59,558 bases of DNA, filler included, from 7 parts of 7 records of this genome joined end to end with filler, not necessarily neighbours in it; one strand, 5' to 3'. Positions 7,685-17,387 are shown, numbered from the whole stretch's first letter. Made by a program: numbers and translations. The notes: generated by a model not told the origin, from the sequence alone.

Positions 7685-10363
7685 TCAAAGCCTGAAGCCC
7701 AAAGCAGAGATATCGTCGCGCCGCTTTTCTTGACCCTGGTATTTTTCCACTGCCTGATAGATCTTTTCTCCCTGGCCGGACATCTCCTTATCCTGGATGG
7801 ACGCCAGCACTTTTTTAAAGCGCTTTTTGCCAAAACCCATCCGTTTAGGACCGCCGATCTGGTCAAAGATGCCGTCAGATGACAGGTAAAACCTGTCGCC
7901 TTCGGCCACTTCAATCTCCCGGTTGACCCAGGTAAAATCAAAAGGGATCTGCCTGTAGCCGATGCCTTTTTTATCGCCTTTAATTATGTCTATGCTGTCA
8001 CCATTGAGTTTAAAAAGGGGAAACCCTGCCCCTGCATAGGTCATCTGTTTTTGCCCCGGATGGATGTAACACATTCCCATTTCAAGGCCGTCGTCTGACT
8101 GGCCGGTGTTCGTATCCTGTCCCAAAACAATCTGGATCAATTGGTGCATCTTTTGAATAAGGGCGGCCGGGTCTCCTTTTGGAACATCAAGAATGCCTCT
8201 TTCCAAAGCCCCGGATGAAATAAGGGTCATAAATGCGCCGGGGACACCGTGGCCGGTACAGTCCGCAAGTACAATCAAAACGCCTTTGCCCCACTTCAGG
8301 CACCAGTAGATATCGCCGCCCACCACATCCCTGGGCTCCCAGAGCACGAAATAATTTTTTACCATTGTCTCCAAAAGTTCTGCCGGAGGAAGAACCGAAC
8401 GCTGTATCCTGCTGGCATATTCGATGGAGGCACTGATAACCTGGAATGCCTCATCCCTTTCCCGCTGGGCCCTAAGCCGTTCGGTAATATCCAATGCAAA
8501 GACAACAATGACCTCCCCGTCAAGATAGCTGGTCAGATAACAGGTCAACTCCACATCAAGAAAAGCACCGTCCTTTTTAAGATGCCGGCCTTTGGTGGGG
8601 ATGAAATCATGCTCCCGGAGCGCTTGTATAAACGCCTCCAGCTTGTCTGCCGGAAAATCCACATCAATCTGGGGAACAACCATGTCCAGCATTTCGTCAC
8701 GGGTGTACCCCAGGCTGGTGCATGCCGCCTCATTGACGTAAATAAATTTGCCCGTGCCGGGGTCCACCCAGAAAACAGAGTGAAACGCGTGATCCATGGC
8801 ATACTGGGTAAAACTTAATTTTCTTTCCGTCTTCCTGCGGACCTGGATTTCCCGACCCAGTTTCCGATTCCAATAGACAAACAGCAAGATCACAAACCCT
8901 ACCGGGATCAGCACTTTCCAAAGCAGAGAATAGTCAAACCCATGTTCATATTTCACTGACACCCAACGATTGAAAATAGCCTCCCGCTCATTTTGGGGTA
9001 TGGCTTCAAGGCCCTTTTTAAGGATGCTTGCCAGAATCGGCCAGTCCTTCCTGACAGCCATGGACTGAACACTTTCATAGGGTGTTTCACCAACAACCCT
9101 GATCTGATTCAGCCGCAGTTTACTGATATAGTAGCTGGTGGTCACAATATTTCCCACAAAAGCATAAACCCGGCCTTGGGCCAGCATCTTAAGGGCGTTT
9201 GGAATGGAATCAACTGAAATCAGATCAATTTCCGGATAGGTCTCCTTCATCCACTCTTGAACGGCATAGCCTTCCACCACCGCCACTGGTTTTCCTGCCA
9301 GAGAGGCCATTTTTTTTATATAGGTGACCTCACCACCGGCAAAAATATTAATGGGGAGAGAAAGGTATGGAGGGGTAAAATGGTAGCTGGCCTTACGCTC
9401 CTTTGTTTGTGTCATCGATGAGAACAGATCCAGCTTGCCGTTTTTCACTGCAATTTGTTTTTCCCGCCAGGTCAGCCCCTTTGCTATCTCAAAGTCAAGG
9501 TTGAGCAACTTGCTTAAGTTTTGCAGGTATTCCATGGAGATACCGTGAAAATTACCCTTATCGTCAACAAACTCCACCGGTGCCCAGTCCTTGTCCATGG
9601 CCACCCGAATTACGGGATGATCTGCCAGCCAGGACTTTTCCTCACCCGTTAATTTCAGTTCAGTGCCACTCTTTTGCTTAACCCATGCTCTGCCAAACCA
9701 TTTGTCCTGCAGAGCAGATATTTCTCTTGTTGTAACAGCGGATAACGCCTTTTGAAGGATATCTCTCAGGATTGCTTTTTCATGGGTAACGCCGATGCGG
9801 TATTCCGACCGCTTGGCCTGCTCAAAAAATGCCGTCACTTCTATCCCTGCAAACGCATTCTTTTTTATCAGATACAAGACCACGGCCTGGTTTCCCAGAT
9901 AGGCATCGGCCGTCCCGGTAACCACATTTTTTAAGGCATCCAGCGCATTGTCCACCAAAAGCAGATTTACCTGTGGAAAATTCTTTTTTAAAAATGCTTC
10001 TGTGGCATATCCCTTTTCCACGGCAACGGTACGGCCGTACAATTCCTTGATAGACTTGACCGGATGGGCTGCCTGGGTGGCGATCACCTGTGATGTTTCA
10101 CTGATATAATCATCGGTAAACACCAGGTATTTTTTCCGTTCTTCTGTGGCATTCAGGCCGGGACACAGGTCCAGTGTTCCCTCTTTGAGCCCCGCCACCA
10201 GCTCGGACCATTTGCCAAATACCGATTCGACTTCAAAGCCGGCTTTGCTTGCAACCAAGCGGATCATATCTGCGTGAAGCCCTGAATACTCATCTTTGTC
10301 CCTGAACTCAAACGGGGGCCAGTTTGGCGTTGCCGCCACCCTGATTCTGGGGTTGGCGCGCAC
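7685..10363 (-). CDS. Sensor Ser/Thr phosphatase, C-terminal part: two periplasmic binding (PBPb) domains, TM, PAS, SpoIIE/PP2C
   Basis: NWPPFEF and DWAPVEF PBPb motifs; TM LLWKVLIPVGFVILLFVYW; PAS YVNEAACTSLGYTRDEM; PP2C motifs VGGDIYW, ADCTGHGVPGA, SSDGIFDQ, RRDD. Confidence 0.9.
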   Translation of the reverse strand: MRANPRIRVAATPNWPPFEFRDKDEYSGLHADMIRLVASKAGFEVESVFGKWSELVAGLKEGTLDLCPGLNATEERKKYLVFTDDYISETSQVIATQAAHPVKSIKELYGRTVAVEKGYATEAFLKKNFPQVNLLLVDNALDALKNVVTGTADAYLGNQAVVLYLIKKNAFAGIEVTAFFEQAKRSEYRIGVTHEKAILRDILQKALSAVTTREISALQDKWFGRAWVKQKSGTELKLTGEEKSWLADHPVIRVAMDKDWAPVEFVDDKGNFHGISMEYLQNLSKLLNLDFEIAKGLTWREKQIAVKNGKLDLFSSMTQTKERKASYHFTPPYLSLPINIFAGGEVTYIKKMASLAGKPVAVVEGYAVQEWMKETYPEIDLISVDSIPNALKMLAQGRVYAFVGNIVTTSYYISKLRLNQIRVVGETPYESVQSMAVRKDWPILASILKKGLEAIPQNEREAIFNRWVSVKYEHGFDYSLLWKVLIPVGFVILLFVYWNRKLGREIQVRRKTERKLSFTQYAMDHAFHSVFWVDPGTGKFIYVNEAACTSLGYTRDEMLDMVVPQIDVDFPADKLEAFIQALREHDFIPTKGRHLKKDGAFLDVELTCYLTSYLDGEVIVVFALDITERLRAQRERDEAFQVISASIEYASRIQRSVLPPAELLETMVKNYFVLWEPRDVVGGDIYWCLKWGKGVLIVLADCTGHGVPGAFMTLISSGALERGILDVPKGDPAALIQKMHQLIQIVLGQDTNTGQSDDGLEMGMCYIHPGQKQMTYAGAGFPLFKLNGDSIDIIKGDKKGIGYRQIPFDFTWVNREIEVAEGDRFYLSSDGIFDQIGGPKRMGFGKKRFKKVLASIQDKEMSGQGEKIYQAVEKYQGQEKRRDDISALGFRL

Positions 10364-11118
10364 CCATTTTTTTCATCCGGGGTCAGGCCGATGTCAGCCA
10401 TCTGTTCCTGATAAAATCTTTTTTCCGCATTGGGCAGCCACCTGGCTTCAATGTCGGCCAGGTCGCCTGCAAAAAGATTCACAAAGCCGTCATCGATCTT
10501 TTCGAGCAGATCTTCACGGCCCTTGGTAATACCGGGGTAAATGGGGCTGCTGAACAGAATAGGACCACGGGAAATAAGGCCGGTCAGTCCCAATCGGGAC
10601 AGATCTGCGGAGACCACAGGTGTCTCGTGAACAAGCGCACGGATCTCCCCTTTAATGAGAGATAAAACAAGGGCTTCATTATCCCGGCGTGTTATCGTCT
10701 CTATTTGCGGAAAATTTTCCCGGAGATACTTTTCCTGAAACGAACCAGCCATGGCCCCTACCCGCATCCCCTTCATCTCGTTTAAGGCAACCGGCCCCTT
10801 GTGGCCGGATAGAAAATACAGGGCAGTTTCAGACTCAAGAATCGGCATGGAAAAGGAGAGCCATTTTTCCCGGGCCTCATTTTTAAAAAGACCGGAATGA
10901 ATATCTGCCTCCCCGGTTTTGACCGCCGCCAATGTGTCGGCCCAACTGCCGGTGGTAAACGCAATGGGGGTATGGGTCCCCCGGCTCCACAGCCGCCAGA
11001 TATCCACCAGCAGCCCGGCAAAATTCCCGTCCGGCCCCACAAAAGAAAACGGGGCATTGCCTGAGGGCACAGCAATGATCAGTTCACCTGTATCTTTTTT
11101 TTGGCACCGGTGGCCCAC
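10264..11118 (-). CDS. Sensor phosphatase, middle part (second PBPb domain); frameshifted at both ends
   Basis: NAPFSFVGPDGNFAGLLVDIW PBPb motif; joins its neighbours at A-runs near 11095-11102 and 10367-10373. Confidence 0.8.
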   Translation of the reverse strand: MGHRCQKKDTGELIIAVPSGNAPFSFVGPDGNFAGLLVDIWRLWSRGTHTPIAFTTGSWADTLAAVKTGEADIHSGLFKNEAREKWLSFSMPILESETALYFLSGHKGPVALNEMKGMRVGAMAGSFQEKYLRENFPQIETITRRDNEALVLSLIKGEIRALVHETPVVSADLSRLGLTGLISRGPILFSSPIYPGITKGREDLLEKIDDGFVNLFAGDLADIEARWLPNAEKRFYQEQMADIGLTPDEKNGCAPTPESGWRQRQTGPRLSSGTKMSIQGFTQI

Positions 11119-11876
11119 TGCCTTGCAACAGCAAGTTTTTCCTGGGAGGATATGGATTCAAATCCCCTGTTGATAATCGTTAACAGGCCTGTGTTCCCCT
11201 TTTGCACGGCCACACGCCAATGGCTTTGATACAATGGCATGTCGGGCTTGTATGTGAATGCCGATTTAAGGCCTGATTTTTTCAGATGGGAAAGTGCGGT
11301 GGGAGTGTCTGCCACAAAAACGGATACCGTCTTTAGTTTCAGGGCTGTCATCATCTCTTGGTAATTGGTAAACCCCACCCTTGTCATATCGGGAAAAGTC
11401 TCTGACAAATACCCTTGGGTAACATCACCACAAATCAGACCGGCGCGGTAAGGCAGAAAATCCCTGTTGGACTCCGGAGAAGGCAGTCTTCTATCATAAA
11501 AAATATGGGTGTCGGTTTTCTGTAAGGAGACGCCATAGTCAAGGTATTGGGATCTTTTATCATTGGAGACAAGCCCGGCATGGGCATCGGCTTTCCCCTC
11601 TTGCATCATTTTAAGGGTATCGCCCCAGGATGCCGGAATAAATGCCACGGCGATTCCTGTTTTCCGGCTCCAGCGTTTCCAAAGATCGATGATGAGCCCT
11701 TCGGCCTGACCGCCGGGGCCTTTGGAATAAAACGGGATCATATCGACACCGTAAACCACAGATATTTTTTTAGGGGGCGTCAATTGGGCTGCAAATGCGG
11801 TTGAAACCCCACAAAAGAGAAGCAAAAAAATAACAGCCAGGCTTAAAAAAAAGAGACTGAACCGGTTATAAGACAT
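11079..11876 (-). CDS. Sensor phosphatase, N-terminal part (signal peptide and first PBPb domain)
   Basis: RBS GGGAGG, signal peptide ending AFA, and MIPFYSKGPGGQAEGLIIDLW PBPb motif. Confidence 0.8.
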   Translation of the reverse strand: MSYNRFSLFFLSLAVIFLLLFCGVSTAFAAQLTPPKKISVVYGVDMIPFYSKGPGGQAEGLIIDLWKRWSRKTGIAVAFIPASWGDTLKMMQEGKADAHAGLVSNDKRSQYLDYGVSLQKTDTHIFYDRRLPSPESNRDFLPYRAGLICGDVTQGYLSETFPDMTRVGFTNYQEMMTALKLKTVSVFVADTPTALSHLKKSGLKSAFTYKPDMPLYQSHWRVAVQKGNTGLLTIINRGFESISSQEKLAVARQWATGAKKKIQVN

Positions 11877-12173
11877 CCGCCCTCCCTACCGCATTGTCAG
11901 AAGTTAAAACTATTCACCTGACCTAAAACCATTGACCTGAGCATATAATAAGGAACTTATTCCTGCATGGTTAATACGATGTTAAAATAATTGTCAAGCA
12001 TATCTTCCTGGACAGAAACGGTTCCCGCCTATGCATTTCAGGTGATCAAGATTTTCCCGGGGATGAAATCTGCACACACAATGATCTGATCCTCAGGGTA
12101 CCGGCAGAGCATTGACAAATGACGGATCCGTCCCATAATTACTGAAATCTGCGGCCCGAGAAAAGGAGAAACC

Positions 12174-12347
12174 ATGGGAACCTGTCAAAGACATCCCCAG
12201 CGGGAGACGCCCTACCGCTGTGCAAAATACGATATCTATCAATGCCGGGAATGCCTGAGATGCAAAGACCCCAAACTCTATTGCAAACACCGGCCCTCCT
12301 GTGCCATATACATGATCACGGAGCGGGGAATGGACCCTGATTCCTGA
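12174..12347 (+). CDS. Small Cys/His-rich putative metal-binding protein, 57 aa (below ORF-track cutoff)
   Basis: RBS AAAAGGAG; MGTCQRHPQRETPYRCAKYDIYQCRECLRCKDPKLYCKHRPSCAIYMITERGMDPDS*. Confidence 0.75.
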   Translation: MGTCQRHPQRETPYRCAKYDIYQCRECLRCKDPKLYCKHRPSCAIYMITERGMDPDS

Positions 12348-12380
12348 AAAAACCAATGACCAAATAAAAAGACCACGACC

Positions 12381-12629
12381 ATGAAAAAAGACTCTCACCA
12401 ATTTGTCCAGGAGTACACCGGACTCGGCGCCTTTGGTATGGACCGGGAAACCGATGAGGAAACAGTGATGTTCTACTTGCAGAAATTCAGCGAGGACCAT
12501 TTTTTAAAGGCCCTGCTGCCCAGACTCAGTGATGACGAGCTGGAACAGATTTATCACTGGATCAACCGCCATATCAAAAACCATATCACTGAGGATGAAT
12601 ACCACAGCCTCTTTCTAAAAGACAGGTAA
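12381..12629 (+). CDS. Small acidic hypothetical cytoplasmic protein
   Basis: 82-aa ORF co-oriented with the Cys-rich gene; plausible helical sequence ending EYHSLFLKDR. Confidence 0.75.
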   Translation: MKKDSHQFVQEYTGLGAFGMDRETDEETVMFYLQKFSEDHFLKALLPRLSDDELEQIYHWINRHIKNHITEDEYHSLFLKDR

Positions 12630-12774
12630 TCATTAGTCAGTAACGGTTGCCACAGGTTATCCTGTGCCCAACGTCGGCTTATCCGCTTGACAGAAATTAC
12701 GAATTAGCATATTTCCACCACTATAGTTTCATTTCAATTCGCGACAAATTAATTCTCAACAAAGGAGAAACGCC

Positions 12775-12893
12775 ATGACGACAAAAAAACTGTTTTCCAT
12801 GCTGATCGCCGCCCTGTGCGTAATGATGATTTCAGGAGCCGCTTTGGCCAGCTCAGGTAAATCCCTGATGATGGCCACCACCACCAGCACCGA
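12775..12893 (+). CDS. tupA: Tungstate ABC transporter substrate-binding protein (5' partial)
   Basis: RBS AAAGGAG; signal peptide MTTKKLFSMLIAALCVMMISGAALA followed by LMMATTTST, the TupA TTTS signature. Confidence 0.8.
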
Positions 12894-12993
12894 NNNNNNN
12901 NNNNNNNNNNNNNNNNNNNNNNNNNNNNNNNNNNNNNTTAATTAATTAANNNNNNNNNNNNNNNNNNNNNNNNNNNNNNNNNNNNNNNNNNNN
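12894..12993. other. Artificial contig spacer
   Basis: N44-TTAATTAATTAA-N44. Confidence 0.98.
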
Positions 12994-13105
12994 GGGGCTT
13001 TTTTCAAAAGCGGGTAAGTTATTATTTTTTAGTGAACGCCTAAGGGACACTCAGCAGCTCTCAATTGACCTCAGCTGGGCGTCCCCTCGCGATTTATGGA
13101 GAGGG

Positions 13106-13846
13106 CTATTTGTCACTGACATAATATCTTTTAAGGTGGGTATAAATTTTCTTGATATAGTTTTGTGTCTCTGAATAAGGGGGGACACCGTCATATTTTT
13201 CCACGGCCCCGGGACCGGCATTGTAAGCCGCCAATGCCAACTCCAGATTGTTAAAGCGATCGATCATCTTTCTGAGATAACCGGCACCTGCCCGAATGTT
13301 TTGAACAATGTCGAATGGATCGGTCACGCCATAATCTTTACAGACTCCCGGCATCAGCTGCATCAAGCCCTTGGCACCAACAGGGGAGACCGCCCTGGGG
13401 TTGAAATTGGACTCCACTTTGATAACAGCCATTAAAAGCGCACTGGGGATCTGTTTTTGTTGGGCAATGGTAAGAAGGCTGTTGATCATTTTTCCCGATT
13501 TATCACGATGTCGCGTCTCTTTATCCTTCAAAGGTGCTCTGTCCGGTAACAGCAACTCATAGGCTGCGCTTCCTCTGTAATGGTCGGATGCCGGGCTGTC
13601 GGTAAGGTATACATGACCATTGCTATCCTGATATCGGTAAATTGCCGCATTTGACGATATCCCCGGCACAAGAATGAACAAAGAGATGATTATGCCCGCT
13701 CCGGTTTGGTAAAGGGTTTTACGACAGCTTCCGGGATGGAACTTTCTCCGGGTCTTTTGAATGCATGGTGAACAAACAAAAGGCCGGTTGTTAGACAAGA
13801 GATCAAAAAAATGTTTTTTATATCGCTCATTGATTGGGCCTGACAT
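13106..13846 (-). CDS. Lytic transglycosylase (SLT domain) with N-terminal DUF4124-like motif
   Basis: IYRYQDSNGHVYLTD; AVIKVESNFNPRAVSPVGAKGLMQLMP; ALAAYNAG. The true start may lie downstream of 13846. Confidence 0.9.
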   Translation of the reverse strand: MSGPINERYKKHFFDLLSNNRPFVCSPCIQKTRRKFHPGSCRKTLYQTGAGIIISLFILVPGISSNAAIYRYQDSNGHVYLTDSPASDHYRGSAAYELLLPDRAPLKDKETRHRDKSGKMINSLLTIAQQKQIPSALLMAVIKVESNFNPRAVSPVGAKGLMQLMPGVCKDYGVTDPFDIVQNIRAGAGYLRKMIDRFNNLELALAAYNAGPGAVEKYDGVPPYSETQNYIKKIYTHLKRYYVSDK

Positions 13847-14050
13847 TGATTGGTCTTGAAATTTTCACATCGCTTTTAGGAAAAAATGAAAGAGCACATG
13901 GGGTGCCCGGCACGAATTACACTATTTTTGCAATACTGTTCATATTGGTTTGGATTTAATTCAATTTTTTTTAAAATGTCAATCATTATTATTCGTTAAC
14001 CATCTGTTGTTTTTCCGGTCTTGAATATGTTTCTTGTAATCAATGGAGAT

Positions 14051-15271
14051 ATGAAAATGATATGTCTGAAAAGGGTCGTTTGGTTGGTGTTGGCAGGGAT
14101 TCTACTTACTGTGGGATGCGCTTCCGATGAAAAGAAAATAGTGACCCATTTGGAAAATGGAAAGCGATTTTACGATCAAGGTGACTATAAAAAAGCCGTC
14201 ATAGAGTTCAAAAATGTACTGCAGATCAATCCGGGTTCCGTAGAAGGGTACTACAATTTGGGGATGGTACACCTTCAACAAAAAGAGTTTCAAGCTGCTT
14301 TCAGTAGTTTGATGAAGGGGGAAAAACTGAACGGTGAGCACTCTGAGATCAAACTGGAGCTGGCCAAACTCTTTCTTGCCGCTGGAAAAAATGAGGAAGC
14401 AGAAACACGCATCGATGCCTTACTTAGTAAAAAAAACCATCAATCTGTCGCATCCATGATGAAAGCGACTTTACTCATCTCCAAAGGGGAATTCAGCGCC
14501 GCCCTGTCACAGTTGGAAAATGTCGATGAGGCGCAATTGAATCATGGGGCTGAAAAATATCTGATGCAAGCCCGGGCCTATATCGGATTGAAACAGCTCA
14601 AGCAATGTGAAAGTGTCTTGAAACAAGGGACTGAAAAGTATCCCGAATTTTCTCCCCTTTATGGCACATTGGCCAACCTATATATTCAATCCGGTCAATC
14701 AGATCAGGCCACCGGCGTGTTGGAGCAAGGCATCCGTGCAACAGAGCAAAACAGTGCGTTAACCATATTGCTTGCCAGATTGAAAATGGGGCAGGGCAAG
14801 GCGGATCAAGCCATTGAGATTTTACAAAAGGCCATTGAAACCGGCACTTCATCAAACTCCGAAGAGAAAAAGGGAGCAAACAGTGCCATGCCGCTAGCCC
14901 TTGGAGATGCCTATCTTGCGGTGGGTGAAATTGCCAAAGCGGAAAAAGAGATAGCGGCTGTGCTCGAATCTCAACCGGAAAACGCCCAGGCACTTTATAC
15001 TAAAGGGCAAATCCTCATGGCGCGGGGGAAAACAAAAAAGCGATCGACATATTTGATCAGGTCGTCACCCTTCAGCCCGGATTCATCAAAGCCAATGAAC
15101 AGCTGGCAACGGCCCTCATTCGAACCGGTGACATTAAAAAGGCGGAACTCGTACTTTGGAAAGTGCTCGCCAACCAGCCGGACAATCGCAAAATGGTTCG
15201 GGCCTATGCCCGGGTTCTGGCGATGCAAAAAAAACATGATGAAGTGCTTTCTACATTTGAAAAATACTTGA
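14051..15271 (+). CDS. TPR-repeat lipoprotein (PrsT-like), N-terminal part
   Basis: RBS GGAG; lipobox LTVGC; TPRs (YDQGDYKKAVIEFKNVLQINP); frameshift in the G/A runs near 15024-15040. Confidence 0.8.
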   Translation: MKMICLKRVVWLVLAGILLTVGCASDEKKIVTHLENGKRFYDQGDYKKAVIEFKNVLQINPGSVEGYYNLGMVHLQQKEFQAAFSSLMKGEKLNGEHSEIKLELAKLFLAAGKNEEAETRIDALLSKKNHQSVASMMKATLLISKGEFSAALSQLENVDEAQLNHGAEKYLMQARAYIGLKQLKQCESVLKQGTEKYPEFSPLYGTLANLYIQSGQSDQATGVLEQGIRATEQNSALTILLARLKMGQGKADQAIEILQKAIETGTSSNSEEKKGANSAMPLALGDAYLAVGEIAKAEKEIAAVLESQPENAQALYTKGQILMARGKTKKRSTYLIRSSPFSPDSSKPMNSWQRPSFEPVTLKRRNSYFGKCSPTSRTIAKWFGPMPGFWRCKKNMMKCFLHLKNT

Positions 15272-16440
15272 AAAAACATCCAAATGATCTGCTCATATTA
15301 TCCGAGAAGGGGGATGTGCTGCACGCAGTGGGACGGGGAGATGAGGCGGAAAAGCAGTATCAATCCGTCATCGAGGCGCAACCGGAAAGCCCTGCAGGAT
15401 ATATGAAACTCAGCCGATTCTACATGGGGACCAAAAGGCCGGACGATGCCGTGAGGGTATTGGAAGCGGGCGTTGAAGAAAATCCCGACTCAAAAGCTCT
15501 GTTTACCTCATGGGTGCAGTTACTCGGCTACATGAAGCAGTTTGACCGGGGTATAGCACTTTGCGACAAGGTTGTTTCCGCCCACCCCAAGGATCCTTCC
15601 GCACTCTTTTGGAAAGCCAGACTTCATGCCATGAACAATCAGTTTGAGGCGGCGGACGAAACGCTGGAAAAGGCTATTTCATTGGCACCTCAATGGAAAA
15701 AACCTTTGATGGCCAAAGCCTCTCTTTATCTTGTTTGGAAAAAGCAAGATCAAATAATTGATTATTTTCAATCGAAAATTGCAGTCCAGCCGAAAAATCC
15801 CATCCTTCGGATCTCATTGGCCCATCTCTATTTGATGTTGGGAAAACCGCAACAGGCTATTGAGGTGTATGAGAAATCAATCAGTGATCAAATTTTCAAT
15901 TATGAAATCAACAACGATTTAGCGTATCTGTTAGCCGAGTATGGAAACAAAGACGATCTCAGTCGTGCAAAAGAAATGGCTTTAAACGCCATCAGTCAGC
16001 GCCCTGGAGTTCCTGCGATATTTGATACGCTTGGTTGGATTTACTATAAGTTGGGTGATTTTGACCAGGCGGTTGTCTGTTTTGGAAAGGCGGTCACCGG
16101 AAATCCCAGGGATGCGTCCATCAATTATCACATGGGCTTGGCTCTGTCTGAGAAGAAAAAGAAAAAAGCAGCTGTCGCTTTCTTAAGAAGATCTGTTGGG
16201 CTTAAAAAGAATTTTCCCGAAAAGAAAAAGGCTGAAGCTCTGCTTCAAACCATGCTGGCCTCACTACCGGAAGAAGAGATTCAAGGAAGAGTTTCTCAAG
16301 GGGACGATGCCGCAGACGTTGAGACGGTATTGCAGGGCGTATCCGGTGGCGAAGGTTCGACACAAGGGGAACCTGGGATGGATGACGCATTTGCAGAAGA
16401 ATTTATGAAAGATATTCTGGAGGATAAGGGATCCTTTTAA
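15163..16440 (+). CDS. TPR-repeat protein (PrsT-like), C-terminal part
   Basis: Adding one G gives MARGENKKAIDIFDQV. Contains NNDLAYLL, DTLGWIYYKLG and YHMGLAL, typical of PEP-CTERM-system TPR proteins. Confidence 0.8.
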   Translation: MLANQPDNRKMVRAYARVLAMQKKHDEVLSTFEKYLKKHPNDLLILSEKGDVLHAVGRGDEAEKQYQSVIEAQPESPAGYMKLSRFYMGTKRPDDAVRVLEAGVEENPDSKALFTSWVQLLGYMKQFDRGIALCDKVVSAHPKDPSALFWKARLHAMNNQFEAADETLEKAISLAPQWKKPLMAKASLYLVWKKQDQIIDYFQSKIAVQPKNPILRISLAHLYLMLGKPQQAIEVYEKSISDQIFNYEINNDLAYLLAEYGNKDDLSRAKEMALNAISQRPGVPAIFDTLGWIYYKLGDFDQAVVCFGKAVTGNPRDASINYHMGLALSEKKKKKAAVAFLRRSVGLKKNFPEKKKAEALLQTMLASLPEEEIQGRVSQGDDAADVETVLQGVSGGEGSTQGEPGMDDAFAEEFMKDILEDKGSF

Positions 16441-16546
16441 ATGAGCCCCGTCACTTCTTGACGCCTTGATATATTTTATCTAAACTCAAGTGAACGATAT
16501 AGCCGCAATGGGTAAGATGAATAAGAAGATAAGGAACAAGCGAATC

Positions 16547-16852
16547 ATGAATGCCCAGCCACAAGAAAAAACCCAAATGACACCGGAAGAATATTTGGCG
16601 TTTGATAGGGCTTCAGACATCAAGCATGAATACTTTAATGGTGAAGTTTTTGCCATGGTGGGAGCCAAGAAGAACCATATCCTCATCGGTGCCAATATTA
16701 CCGCAGAATTGGTGAGTGAATTTGCATCGAATAACTCCACTTGCAGAGTGCTTCCCAATGACATGCGGGTAAAAATTCAAAGTGAAAGCGGATTCGCCTA
16801 TCCCGATATTTCGATTACTTGTGGTGACATCGAGTTCGTGGATAAGGAGTGA
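16547..16852 (+). pseudogene. Truncated Uma2-family (PD-(D/E)XK) endonuclease-like gene
   Basis: MTPEEYLAFDRASDIKHEYFNGEVFAMVGA...YPDISITC, but it stops at about 101 aa, before the expected PxxIIEVLS motif. Confidence 0.75.
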
Positions 16853-17299
16853 CAGGCGGTAGTCTGAACCATAACCGGATTCAACCTTGTCAAAGAGTTG
16901 GGGAGGTGAATTGCACCGCCAAAATTTTGCGGAACTCAAGATCGCCTTGCATCAGATCGAGCAGGAATGGCTTCGCGTTAAATGAAAATGAATCTGTCCC
17001 CTTTGCCTCATAGAATTGTGTAATTTATTTCATAAAATGAGCAGCATCCTTGTATAAAAATATTCATGAAAATAAATCCGCCTCATTTTTCTCTTGTGCT
17101 TGTTTTTAGAAATGAAAGAATTTTTGTAAAATGTTTGGGTGATTTCCATAAAGAACTCTCCATACGTTCTGAACGAGGCAGGTGATTCCCCCCTCTGTTC
17201 AAGAGCAGCGTTTCCTGTTCATTCTCAAGCTCGGTAGAGTATTTCCTGTAAATCATCTTAATAAAATTGAATAGCCTGCCGAAGTGTTATTTATTTCTA

Positions 17300-17315
17300 T
17301 GGCACATTTAATGCT
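17300..17315 (+). promoter_or_regulatory. Sigma-54 (-24/-12) promoter
   Basis: TGGCAC-ATTTA-ATGCT about 72 nt upstream of the PEP-CTERM gene. Confidence 0.75.
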
Positions 17316-17387
17316 TATAAATAGTTTTGTCATTAAATGTAAGTTTCCAAATCTGGATGATTTAACAATTAGTTAAAGGAGGTTAAC

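Noticed and set aside
8233..8818. Long antisense or alternate-frame ORFs (also 26355-26924, 44373-44984, 50908-51441, 55208-55660)
   Set aside because: Shadow ORFs of well-supported genes, with no motifs of their own.
12093..12500. 135-aa minus-strand ORF
   Set aside because: Antisense to two plus-strand genes, one with a strong RBS; no recognisable motifs.
12640..12770. Mo/W-cofactor riboswitch or TunR site upstream of tupA
   Set aside because: Only a short hairpin is visible and I cannot match a consensus by eye; it would need an Infernal/Rfam or motif scan.
13022..13087. Hairpin GGGACACTCAGC / GCTGGGCGTCCC as an ncRNA
   Set aside because: It sits just downstream of the transglycosylase stop near a contig end and is most simply a terminator-like stem.
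16850..16870. Selenocysteine readthrough of the Uma2 TGA
   Set aside because: A second TGA follows five codons later and the downstream sequence is not Uma2-like.
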